NCBI GenBank assembly: GCA_963737655.1
Contig: CAVTTN010000002.1
Location: 2,208,001-2,272,000 of the forward strand
Reading direction: 5' to 3'
Source of the DNA: an uncultured Planctomycetota bacterium
GTDB taxonomy: Bacteria > Planctomycetota > Planctomycetia > Isosphaerales > Isosphaeraceae
Length of the DNA: 64,000 nucleotides
Shown here piece by piece: positions 10,441 through 20,300 of the stretch. How positions within the stretch are numbered: position 1 is the stretch's first letter; each line of letters opens with the position of its first letter. The notes beneath the pieces were generated by a model, which made no database searches, was not told the DNA's origin, and saw only the letters and a program-made list of their open reading frames with translations. Both the position numbers and the translations under genes were made by a program.

Positions 10441-11007
10441 ATGAGGATGTCACGAAACGCGACCGAGGCGAGACGGCTCGACCCGGAGCGTCTCTGGCCA
10501 TTTCATGCCACCGTTTCCCGGCTTGCCCGTCGCTCCAGGACCGAGGCGGAGGTCCAGGGCCAGCGATTCCGCACCGGCTGGGTGATCGTCAGCGCCCGGG
10601 CGCGAGCGGCCCTGGCGAGCGAGGGGTTCCTGGACGTTCGCGACTTCCTCGAACGGCACGCCAACGGCGACTCGGGCTCGGTCGGCGCGTGGAACCCGAT
10701 GGCCCTTCAGCCCGGGGGGTGGGCCGAAGGGCCGATGGCCAATCGCGCCGCCCGGAACGCCGTGGCGATCGCCGACGGCTTGGGGGACGTGGTCTCGGCC
10801 TATCCCCTGGACGACTCGGGGCCGCCGATGGTGATCTGGACGGCGCTCGGGGCGGAACCGGCGACGCTCGTCCTGATGGCCGGCGAGGCCCCGGCCGGCC
10901 CCGTGTGGGTCAACCCGTCCGGGCGGCCGTCGCGGACGGCTCGGGCCGCCCTGGAGGGATCGGGGGCCGTCAGATCGGTCCCCCCTTCGTCTTCAAGGTC
11001 AGCGTGA
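10441..11007 (+). CDS. Hypothetical protein resembling the small 'RHxxGDWG' plasmid/ICE-associated family
   Basis: The pattern FRTGWVIVS...FLERHANGDSG...NAVAIADG.GDVVSAY...VIWT...TLVLMAGE follows that family's motif order. Recognised by eye only. Confidence 0.55.
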   Translation: MRMSRNATEARRLDPERLWPFHATVSRLARRSRTEAEVQGQRFRTGWVIVSARARAALASEGFLDVRDFLERHANGDSGSVGAWNPMALQPGGWAEGPMANRAARNAVAIADGLGDVVSAYPLDDSGPPMVIWTALGAEPATLVLMAGEAPAGPVWVNPSGRPSRTARAALEGSGAVRSVPPSSSRSA

Positions 11008-11491
11008 ACGCGCCGGAGAGCCCGCCCGAGGCCATCTTGCCGACGGTGATCGTGGCCAGGCCGGAACCCGTGGCGCTGGCATAAGCGCCGGTCCCGCCCT
11101 CCAGCATCGCCGTCGCCTTGATCTTCTTGACCGGACCGCCCGGGACGGGGGCCGACAGCCCGACGTTCACCGTCCCCTTCGCATTGGTCAGCACCAGCTC
11201 GATCTGAGCCTCGCCGTTATTCACCCCCAGGGGCGTGCCGGTCGCATGGACGTGGCCCAGAGGCTTGACCGTCCCGGCCCCCGAGAGCTGGGCCGACCCG
11301 ATCCCGGCCGCGCTCAGCGACGAGATCGTGTACTGTCCCTTGATCGTCCCGGAGAGGCCCTGAGCGGCCTTCGCGCTGGCCCGGATCTTCTCGACGTGGA
11401 CGGCCGCGGGCCCGGCCAGCCCGGCCGAGAGCAGGGACCGCGATTCCATCGCCTCGAAGCCGATCGCGCGTCGTTTGGTCCTGGCGTTCAT
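10970..11491 (-). CDS. Planctomycete extracellular protein with LEPR-XLL-type N-terminal motif
   Basis: MNARTKRRAIGFEAMESRSLLS, followed by a Gly/Thr-rich beta-type domain. Confidence 0.75.
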   Translation of the reverse strand: MNARTKRRAIGFEAMESRSLLSAGLAGPAAVHVEKIRASAKAAQGLSGTIKGQYTISSLSAAGIGSAQLSGAGTVKPLGHVHATGTPLGVNNGEAQIELVLTNAKGTVNVGLSAPVPGGPVKKIKATAMLEGGTGAYASATGSGLATITVGKMASGGLSGAFTLTLKTKGGPI

Positions 11492-11594
11492 CTCTGTCTC
11501 CGTTTCGGAAGAAGATAGCGAGACTTTAACAAGGATAGAAAGTAGGATGGTGTCGGAGCAACGGCCCACTCCCCCCATCTTCTAGGGACCGTCC

Positions 11595-12281
11595 ATGGCC
11601 CCGGACGAAGTCCACGTCTGGCGAATCCCTCTTCGCCGCGATCCCGAGGCCCACGACGGGCTCCGCGCCCTGCTCGACCCGGACGAACTCAGGCGGGCCG
11701 ACCGCTTCGTGGTGCCCGACGACCGGCACCGATTCGCCGTCGGCCGCGGGATGCTGCGGACCGTTCTCGGACGATACGAGGGGATTGAGCCCGACCGCGT
11801 CGAGTTCCGATACGGGACGTGGGGCAAGCCGTCCCTGGCGTCGGGTTCGCCGTTGCGGTTCAATCTCGCGCATTCGGGAGACCTCGCCGTCCTGGCGGTC
11901 GCCTGGGGTCGGGAACTCGGGGTGGATCTGGAGAAGTTCCGCCCGATGCGAGACGCCTCGGCGATCGCGGCGAGGTTCTTCACCGAGGCCGAGGCCGCCC
12001 AGCTCGCCGAGGTGCCCGAAGACCGGAAGCTCGACGCCTTCTTCGCCGGCTGGACCCGCAAGGAAGCGTATTTGAAGGCCATCGGCGACGGCCTGGCCAT
12101 GCCTTTAGACCGCTTCGAGGTCACCCTCAAGCCGGGCGAGCCGGCGAGGCTGGTCAAGGTGGACGGCCGGCCCGGAGAGGTCGATCGCTGGGTCATGCGC
12201 GAATTCCTGCCTGCGCCGGGATATGTCGGCGCCATCGCGGTGGAAGGCTCGGGCTGGCGGCTCGAGGATCGGGAGATCTGA
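11595..12281 (+). CDS. Sfp/HetI-type 4'-phosphopantetheinyl transferase
   Basis: GKP, FNLAHSG, LGVDLE and WTRKEAYLKAIGDG motifs. Confidence 0.95.
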   Translation: MAPDEVHVWRIPLRRDPEAHDGLRALLDPDELRRADRFVVPDDRHRFAVGRGMLRTVLGRYEGIEPDRVEFRYGTWGKPSLASGSPLRFNLAHSGDLAVLAVAWGRELGVDLEKFRPMRDASAIAARFFTEAEAAQLAEVPEDRKLDAFFAGWTRKEAYLKAIGDGLAMPLDRFEVTLKPGEPARLVKVDGRPGEVDRWVMREFLPAPGYVGAIAVEGSGWRLEDREI

Positions 12282-12347
12282 TCGGTTTCCGAGCGATCGG
12301 TGGGGTCATCGCGGACCCTGCCGAAGCCCTCGCCGTCGTTCGTAACC

Positions 12348-14469
12348 TCATTCGAACCGAAGGGCCTCGATCGGGTTCAATCGAGACGCTTTCCACGCCG
12401 GGTAATAGCCAAAAATCACCCCGATGGTGAGCGAGACCGAGACCGCGCCGGCGATCGCCAGGGGGGAGGGGGCCGTCGGCCATCCGGCCAGGAGCCGGAC
12501 GAGCATCGATGCGGCCCTGCCGACGACGATGCCGACCGCCCCGCCCATCAGGCAGAGCACGACGGCCTCGACGAGGAACTGGCGGAGGATGTCGCGAGGC
12601 CTCGCGCCGACGGCCATCCTCAAACCGATCTCGCGATATCGTTCCGTGACGCTCACCAGCATGATGTTCATGATCCCCACGCCGCCGACGACCAGGGAGA
12701 TCAGCGCCACGACCATCAGCAGCCCGGCGACGAGGCCGACCGTCCCCTTGACGGCCTCGACGACCTCGGTGAAGTCCCTGACCGAGAAATCCTGAGGGCG
12801 ATCGGGGCCGATCCGGTGCCTCTGCCGGAGCAATCCATTGATCTCCCCCATCGCCTCGGGGATTTCCTCGGCCGAGGAGGCGCGGACGAGGATCGCGTCG
12901 ACGTTCGAGAACCGTTCGAGCCTCGGCGAGTCCAGCGCCTGGGTTGCCGACGCCGACGGATAGAGGCCGGTCCGCGATCGGGGATAGCGCCGGGAGAGGA
13001 AATTCCCGGGCCCTTCGGATTCGGGCGGCGCCTCGGATTTCGCCCCTCCCGGCCCGGAGCTGATCCGGAACCGGACGGTCGTCCAGGGGGCGAGCAGGAT
13101 ATCGTCCTGGTCCTCGCCGACGATGTCCGCGCCCTTCGGGCTCGAAGACGCCCTGGACCCGCAACGGGACGTCGTTGACCACGACCTCCTGGCCGATCGG
13201 CGATTCGTCGCCGAACAGGGAATCGGCCAACGTGCGACCGAGGAGGCAGACCATCGCGGCCTCGCGGACGTCCTCCTCGGAGAACGCATCGCCTTCGGCC
13301 AGGGTCTCCCACTGGCGGACTCGGAGGAAGCTCGCGGTGGTGCCGAGGAAGCTCGCGGGCACCCAGTTCTTGTTGCCCCGGACGACCTGGGCCCGCGCAT
13401 AGACGATCGGCGCGAACGTCTCGACCGAGGGGCACTCGCGGCCGATCGCCTCGGCGTCGTCGGGGGTCAAGGTCTTGATGCTCCCGCTGCCCAGGCTCAC
13501 GCCATTGGCGCTGGCGGCGCCGGCCTGGACCAGGATGTTCTCCACGCCGGTCTTGGTGAGGAGTTCCCGGATGGCCGCCCACGCCCCCTGGCCGATCTCG
13601 GCGATGGCGATCAGCGAGGCCACGCCGATGATGATCCCGAGAGTCGTCAGCGCCGATCGCAGGGCATTGCGGCGGAGCGAACGCGTCGCGAGGGCCGCCG
13701 TTCCGAGGAGATAGCCCGAGCGGTCCGGGCGGTTCGGGCTCTCCGGTCGGGGCGGGTGGTCCGAAGACGATCGGGCCACGCCCGTGGCACCGGGGTCGTC
13801 GGAGACGAGGCCGTCCTTGATGCGGATCGTCCGGTTCGCGTGGGCGGCCACCCCGGGATCGTGGGTCACGAGGAGGATCGTCAGGCCATCCTCGACGTTC
13901 AACTGGCGGAAGAGGGCGAGGATCTCCTCGCCGGTCTTCGAATCGAGGTTGCCCGTCGGCTCGTCGGCGATCAGGACCACCGGACGATTGATCAGCGATC
14001 GCGCGATCGCCACCCTCTGCTGTTCGCCGCCGGAGAGCCGCGACGGCTCATGGTCGAGCCGATCGGCCAGCCCCACTCGGGCGAGGAGCGAGACGGCGCG
14101 GGCGCGGCCTTCCTTGCGGGCCTCGCGGTCGGCATAGGCCAGCGGCATCATCACGTTTTCGAGGGCCGACAGCCGAGGCAACAGGTTGAAGTTCTGGAAC
14201 ACGAAGCCCACCGACCGGCTCCGCAAGGCGGCGCGATCTTCTTCGGAGAACCGCGAGACGTCGTCGCGATCGAAGAGATAATGCCCCGAGGTCGGCCGGT
14301 CGAGCGCGCCGAGGATGTTGATCAGCGTCGTCTTGCCCGACCCCGACGCCCCCATCAGCGCGACCATCTCGCCCGGCTCGATCGCGATCGTGACGCCCTT
14401 GAGGACGGGGACCGTGAGCTTGCCTCGCGGATAATCTTTGTAGATGTCTTCCAGGTGAAGCGAGGGCAC
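12348..14469 (-). CDS. macB: MacB-type ABC exporter (fused ATPase + permease); frameshift at ~13138-13140
   Basis: GASGSGKT, LSGGEQQRVAIARSL, ADEPTGNLD; RSALTTLGIIIGVA; VGGVGIMNIMLVSVTERYREIGLRMAVGA; PIEALRFE. Confidence 0.9.
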
Positions 14470-14500
14470 GGGGGTGGTCCTGATCGAGAAGGCAAATCCT

Positions 14501-14521
14501 GGTGCATTTCATGCACCCTAC
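14501..14521 (-). repeat. GTAG-type REP-like palindrome GTAG-GGTGCA-TGAAA-TGCACC
   Basis: GTAG followed by a 6-bp inverted repeat, overlapping the macA TAG stop. A near-identical palindrome sits at 50396-50412. Confidence 0.6.
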
Positions 14522-15738
14522 TTCTTGTTGGCATGAGGCAGGATGGACATGGCTTCATCCACCTCGTCGCGACGGGTCACGCCGACGACGACCTCCAGGC
14601 CATCCTTCAGGCCGTCGCCGGAGATCTCCGTCTCTCGGCCGTCGCTCAGGCCGACGGTCACCGCGATCGGCCGGACGAATTCTCCCCGACGGACCCAGAC
14701 GGCCGCGAGCGTCTCGCGGGTCGAGCCGGTCCGGGCGTCGGGGGCGATCAGCGAGGGCCGGGGCTTCCACCGCAAGGCGGCGTTGGGGACGTGCAGGACG
14801 CCCTTCGCCTCCGCCACCTCGAACTGCAACCTCGCCGTGAGATACGGCAGGAGCTTGCCCCCGGGATTGTCGATCTCGACGACCACCGTATACGTCACGA
14901 CGCTCTGCACCATGCTCGCGTTCAGGCGGATTTGGGCGACCTTGCCGCGGAAAATCTCGTCCGGGAACGCACCGACGGAGAAGCTCACGCCCTGCCCGGC
15001 GTGGATCGAGCCGACGTCCGTCTCGTTGACTGACGCCCAGATCTGCATCCGTGACAGGTCCTTGGCGATCAGGAAGAGGCTCGGCGCGTTCAGGCTCGCG
15101 ACGACGGTCTGGCCGATGTTCACGCGACGATCCAGGATCACGCCCTTGACCGGCGAGCGGATCGTGGTGTAGCGGAGGTTCACGCCCGCTTCCTCCAGGT
15201 TCGCTCGGGCCACGGCCACGGCCCCCTGGGCGACGGTCAGGCTAGCGCGGGCGGTCTCGAAGTCGGACTCGGCCAGGTCGCGCTCTTTTTCGCTGGCGAA
15301 CCCGGCATTCTTCGTCTGGAGGCGCCGGACGCGGTCTCGCTCGCGCTCGGCCTGCTTCAGCTTCGCCTGCGAGAGCTCGACGTCGGCCTCGGCTTTCGCG
15401 AGGCTCGCCCTCGACTGGTCCACCCGGGCCTTCAACACCGCGTCGTCGAGCCGGGCGAGGACCGTGCCTTCCTCGACGGGCGAGCCGTAGCTGATGGGTC
15501 GGGCCGGGTCGCGCGGGTCCTTGCCGAATTCCAGGATCTCTCCGGCGATCTGCGCGCCGACGTCCACGACTTCCTCGGGCTCGATCGTCCCGGTGGCCTG
15601 GATCGTGGATTTGAGGTCACCGCGACGGACCGTCGCCGTGCGGAACGCCACTCGGGAAGACCTCGCGTCGAGCCAGTACCAGATGCCGGCGGCCCCGCCG
15701 ACCCAGAGGACGGCGATCAAGAATAAGAGCTTTTTCAT
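14518..15738 (-). CDS. macA: MacA-type periplasmic adaptor (membrane fusion protein)
   Basis: MKKLLFLIAVLW anchor; ATGTIEPEEVVDVGAQIAG; IRSPVKGVIL...GQTVVASLNAPSLFLIAKDL. Confidence 0.9.
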   Translation of the reverse strand: MKKLLFLIAVLWVGGAAGIWYWLDARSSRVAFRTATVRRGDLKSTIQATGTIEPEEVVDVGAQIAGEILEFGKDPRDPARPISYGSPVEEGTVLARLDDAVLKARVDQSRASLAKAEADVELSQAKLKQAERERDRVRRLQTKNAGFASEKERDLAESDFETARASLTVAQGAVAVARANLEEAGVNLRYTTIRSPVKGVILDRRVNIGQTVVASLNAPSLFLIAKDLSRMQIWASVNETDVGSIHAGQGVSFSVGAFPDEIFRGKVAQIRLNASMVQSVVTYTVVVEIDNPGGKLLPYLTARLQFEVAEAKGVLHVPNAALRWKPRPSLIAPDARTGSTRETLAAVWVRRGEFVRPIAVTVGLSDGRETEISGDGLKDGLEVVVGVTRRDEVDEAMSILPHANKK

Positions 15739-17387
15739 AGCGGCGCGGGCTCCCGGGCGATGTCGGCGGCATTTTCCTCGACGAGACGGCCGTCCCGCAG
15801 GGTCAGCACGCGGTCGGCGGCGTCGAACGCATCCTCGTCGTGGCTGACGACCAGGACCGCCTTGCCCGAAGCTCGGAGCTCGGGCAGGATCTGATCGTAA
15901 TATTCCGCCTTGAACCGACGATCCTGATTGGCGGCCCATTCGTCGAGGATGATGACCTCGCGATCTTCGAGGAGGGCGGTCAGCAGGGCGAGCCGTCGCC
16001 TCTGCCCCTGCGAGAGCTCGACCGTCGAGAACGCCCCGCCGTTCACCCGGGTCTTGCGGCCCAGGCCGAGTCGGTCGAGGAGGGCGGAAGCCTCGGCGTC
16101 GAGCCCGGGGCGGTCGAGGCCGTGGAGCCGGGGGAAGAGGTGGCCGTCGGCGAAGACGGTGGAGACCCTCTGGCGGTACGACTCGCGGTCCGCCTCGGAG
16201 ACCTCCCGGCCATCGACCGAGATCGAGCCCGTCCTCGGCGAGTACAGGCCGGCGACGAGCTTCACCAGCGTCGTCTTGCCGCTGCCATTGCCCCCGGCCA
16301 GGATCACGATCTCGCCGGGTCGGAGGGCCAGGTCGATCGGCCCGAGGCGGAAGCCGGCGCCGTCGGCGTCACGATATTCGTAGGTCACGCCGTCGAGTCG
16401 GATCGCGTCACGAAGGGGTGCCAGGCGAGGCGGACGAGGCTCGGCGGAGCCGTCCCGTCCGGTCGCTTCGAGGAGGCCGACGACCGCCTCGATCTTCAGG
16501 AGCGAGGCCCGGGCACGCCCCAGGGCCGGCACCCACGTCAGGATCACGTCGAGAGGGGTCATCACATAAAGAATCACCAGGACGCACCCGACGAGGGTGG
16601 CGCGGTCGAGCGAGGCCCACCCGGGTCCGACGAAGAGGAGGGTTCCCAGGAGGCCGAAGAACGCGGCCTGGCTCCACGACTCGGCGGCGGCGAAGATCGT
16701 GAGCCCGGTCGTCGCCCGGTCGCGGACGGCCTCGGCCGCCGGTTCCAATCCGTCGGTGAGGAACGCCTCGCGACGGCCGCGATGCCCCTTCAACTCGCGG
16801 AAGCCGTCGAGCAGGCCCCGAACGTGCCCGACCAGCACCTCCTGGCCGGCTCTCGCCGCTCGGAGATGCCCCATCCCTCGAAACATCAGGGCCCTGTCGA
16901 TCACCACCGCTCCGGCTGCGAAGATCAGGCCGAGCACGAGCACGGCCGGCGACATCCAGCCGATATACGCCAGGCCCGCCAGGACGATCGGCCCGTTGAT
17001 CGCGAGCATCGGCAGGCCCACGAGCGCGGCGGCGAGCGTGCCCGTGTCCTCCGTGAGGACGGTCAGCAGGGCGGAAGCGTCGGTCGCCTCGAACGCTTCC
17101 AGGGGCAGGGCCAAGATCGTCCGGGCGATCCTCGCGGTGAGCCGGGCGATGGTCCCCTGACCGAGGCGGACCGTCGCCGATCTCGCCGCGAATCGCGAGA
17201 GCGACGCGACGACGACGAGCCCGGCGAACAGGCCGGCCATCGCCGGGCCCGAGGGCCGATCGCGGGCGAGCTCGAGATGGATCATCGCGATCAGGGCCAC
17301 GCCCGCCAGCCCGCCGCCGGCGCCCGCCAGGAGCGCCATCGTCAGCACCGGCCGAGACTCGCGAAGGAGGCCGCTCAGCGGGTTCAT
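15735..17387 (-). CDS. Cyclic peptide export ABC transporter (SyrD/PvdE/YojI family)
   Basis: Transmembrane domain with GFRELK; FRLGPIDL, GGNGSGKTT, LSQGQRRRLAL, LDEWAANQD (family signature). Confidence 0.93.
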   Translation of the reverse strand: MNPLSGLLRESRPVLTMALLAGAGGGLAGVALIAMIHLELARDRPSGPAMAGLFAGLVVVASLSRFAARSATVRLGQGTIARLTARIARTILALPLEAFEATDASALLTVLTEDTGTLAAALVGLPMLAINGPIVLAGLAYIGWMSPAVLVLGLIFAAGAVVIDRALMFRGMGHLRAARAGQEVLVGHVRGLLDGFRELKGHRGRREAFLTDGLEPAAEAVRDRATTGLTIFAAAESWSQAAFFGLLGTLLFVGPGWASLDRATLVGCVLVILYVMTPLDVILTWVPALGRARASLLKIEAVVGLLEATGRDGSAEPRPPRLAPLRDAIRLDGVTYEYRDADGAGFRLGPIDLALRPGEIVILAGGNGSGKTTLVKLVAGLYSPRTGSISVDGREVSEADRESYRQRVSTVFADGHLFPRLHGLDRPGLDAEASALLDRLGLGRKTRVNGGAFSTVELSQGQRRRLALLTALLEDREVIILDEWAANQDRRFKAEYYDQILPELRASGKAVLVVSHDEDAFDAADRVLTLRDGRLVEENAADIAREPAPL

Positions 17388-20300
17388 GAGGCCCCTCCGA
17401 GCATCATCCGAAGCGACTCGGCCAGGCGTTCCACGCCGGGAGATCGGAGGATGGACGCATGGTCCCCCGGCACGGTCACGACGTTCACGCCACCCTCAAC
17501 GAGAGACGACCAGCCGAGCGTTGGATCGACCAGGGCGCCCGGCCTCTTCGAGGCGCGGAAGACCGTCGCGCGACCCGCATAGAGGCCCGGTGAGTACCGC
17601 TTGCCGGCCAGGTAGTTGGCGCGGAGGACATCCCAGAGCCGACCGGCCCGCTCGGGTCCGGCGTCGAGTTGGTAGACCTGATCGAGCCCGAAGAGGCTCA
17701 ACACGCGTCCCCGGCGGCTGTCGGCATCCATCGCCTTGAGTTTCGCGACGAGCCTTCGCGCCTCCCGGGCCGAGCCGACGCCGAGGTCGGCGAGGAACTC
17801 GGCGAGGAGGCCAGGGTCGATCGCGTCGCCCGAGCCGAACAGGCCGAGCGAGGCGAAGTCCGCGTCCATCCCGGTGAGGCCTCGGGCGGAGGCGTCGCGG
17901 CCGTCGCCCACGGTCGGCGCCTGGATGTCGATCAGCGCGAGCGAAGCGACCGTCTCGCCGGCCGAGGCCAGTTGCCGGGCCATCTCGAACGCCACGAGCC
18001 CTCCGAGCGACCAGCCGCCGAGATGGTACGGGCCTTCGGGTCGATGGCGACGGATCGCCTCGACGTAGCTCGCCGCCATGTCTTCGAGGCGGTTCAACGG
18101 CGGCGACGTACCGTCCAGCCCGGCGGCCTGGAGGCCGAAGAACGGGCGGTCCGGGGCGAGCCGCATCGCCAGCTCTCGGAAGCAGTAGACGATCCCGCCC
18201 GCCGGATGGACGCAGAAGAACGGCGGCTCCTGGCCCTCGGGCTGGATCGGCACCAGGGGAGACCACGGCTCATCCCCGGTCGGGACCTCGCGGAGCCGGG
18301 CGGCCTGGTCGGCGATCGTGGCGCCGAGGAACAGCGAGGCCAAAGGCAGCTCACGCCCGAACGCCTCGGCGATCCGGGCCGTCAGGCGGACCGCCGCGAG
18401 CGAGTGGCCTCCGAGGTCAAAAAAGCTCTCGGTCACGCCGACCGAGGCGACATCCAGCACCTCACCCCAGATCGCCGCGAGCCGCCGTTCGACCTCATCC
18501 CGAGGGGCGACCGAATCGCCCGACGAGCCGGCCTGTTCCTGGGGAGGCGGCAACGCCCGGCGGTCGATCTTGCCGGTGAGCGTCATCGGCAAGGCTTCGA
18601 GCGGGGTGATCGTCGAGGGGATCAGGTGTCTCGGCAGCTTCTTCCCGAGGAACGCGCGGAGCTCGGCGGCCGAAGCCTCGTTTCGAGCCACGAAGTAAGC
18701 ATCGAGCCGGTTCTCCCCGAGGTCGTCCTTCCTCGCGACGACGATGGCCGCGGAGATTTCGGGATGGCTCATCAGGGCGGTCTCGACGTCTCCCGGCTCG
18801 ACGCGGAATCCGCGAACCTTCACCTGGCGATCGACCCGTCCGAGGAACTCAATCTGCCCGTCCCGCCGGACGCGAACGCGGTCGCCGGTGCGGAACATGC
18901 GGGCCCCGGGGCGTGGCGAGGACGGATCGGGCAAGAACCGTTCGGCGGTCATCGCGCGACGGCCGACATAACCCCCGCCGACGCACTCGCCCGCGAGGAA
19001 CAGCTCACCGGGAAGGCCCTGAGCCACCGGGCGGAGATCCTCGTCGAGGACCATCGCCCGGACGTTCGCGATCGGTCGGCCGATCGGCAGAGCGTCCGGG
19101 GTCTCGGTGTCTCGAGGCTCGAACGCCGTGGCGATGATCGAGGTTTCCGTGGGGCCATACGTGTTGATCCAGCGTACGCGATCGCCGGCCAGCACCTTCC
19201 ACGTGGCATAGGCCGCAGGAAGGGCCGCCTCGCCGCCGACGACCACGAGCCGAAGCGTCTCGGGTAATTCGAGGCCGAGGCGGTCGAGGGCCTCGACCCA
19301 GACGTGCCAGTAGGAAGTCGGCAGGTCGAGGACGGTGATTCGCTCGTCGGCCACCCACCGGAGGAAGCGGACCGGGTCGAGCACGGCGTCATCGGGTCGT
19401 TGCACGACCGTCGCCCCGCAGACCCACGCGGGGAACATCTCCTCCAAGGCGATGTCGAAGCTCACCGAGGCCACCTGGCCCACGCGGTCGCCGGGCGCCA
19501 GGCCGAACAGGTCGATGGCGGCGAGGTTGTGATTGACCAGCCCTCGATGCGAGACGATCGCCCCCTTGGGCGTCCCGGTCGAGCCCGAGGTGTAAAGGAC
19601 ATAGGCCGGATCGTCCAGGGTGGCGATGGGCGAGAGGTCGCCGCCGGGCTGACGCTCGATCGCCTCGGCGTCGGCATCCAGGTGGAGCAGGGCGGTCGCC
19701 GTTTCGAGGAGGTCGCCCCGGGTGATCGCCAGCTTCGCGCGGGCGTCTTCGAGCGTCCTCGCGAGACGCTCGCGAGGGAACCCGGTGTCGAGCGGGACGA
19801 ACGCCCCTCCGGCCTTGAGGACGGCGAGCAGGGCCACGGCCAGCTCGGGGCGGCGCTCCAGGGCCACGCCGACGAACGATCCTCGGACCACGCCCCGGGC
19901 CCGCAGGCGGTTGGCGAGCCGGTTCGCTCGGACGTTCAATTCGGCATAGGAAAGCGTGCCGCCGTCCCAGGCCAAGGCGAGGCCGTCGGGAGTGGCGAGG
20001 GCCTGCTTCTCGAAAAGCTCGTGGACCCCGAGGTCCGCGATCGGCACGACCGGCCCGGCCATCGGCGGCGGGGTCGGCCCGAGCGGGAGCCGTGAGATCC
20101 TCGTCTCGGGCTCGTCGACGGCCGCTTTCAGGAGGCACGCGAGCCGATCGACCATCGCGGAGATGGTCGGCTGGTCGAACAGGTCGGTTCGGTACTCGAA
20201 CGAACCGACGAGCGCGCCGTCGCTCTCTTCCAGGGCGAGCGAGAGGTCGAACTTGGCGGTCCCCGGCCCCTCGTCCACCCGGAGCGAGTCGAGCGACAGT

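Noticed and set aside
11549..11560. 12-bp match TGCTCCGACACC shared with 43170-43181
   Set aside because: Matches of this length are expected by chance in 64 kb of GC-rich DNA.
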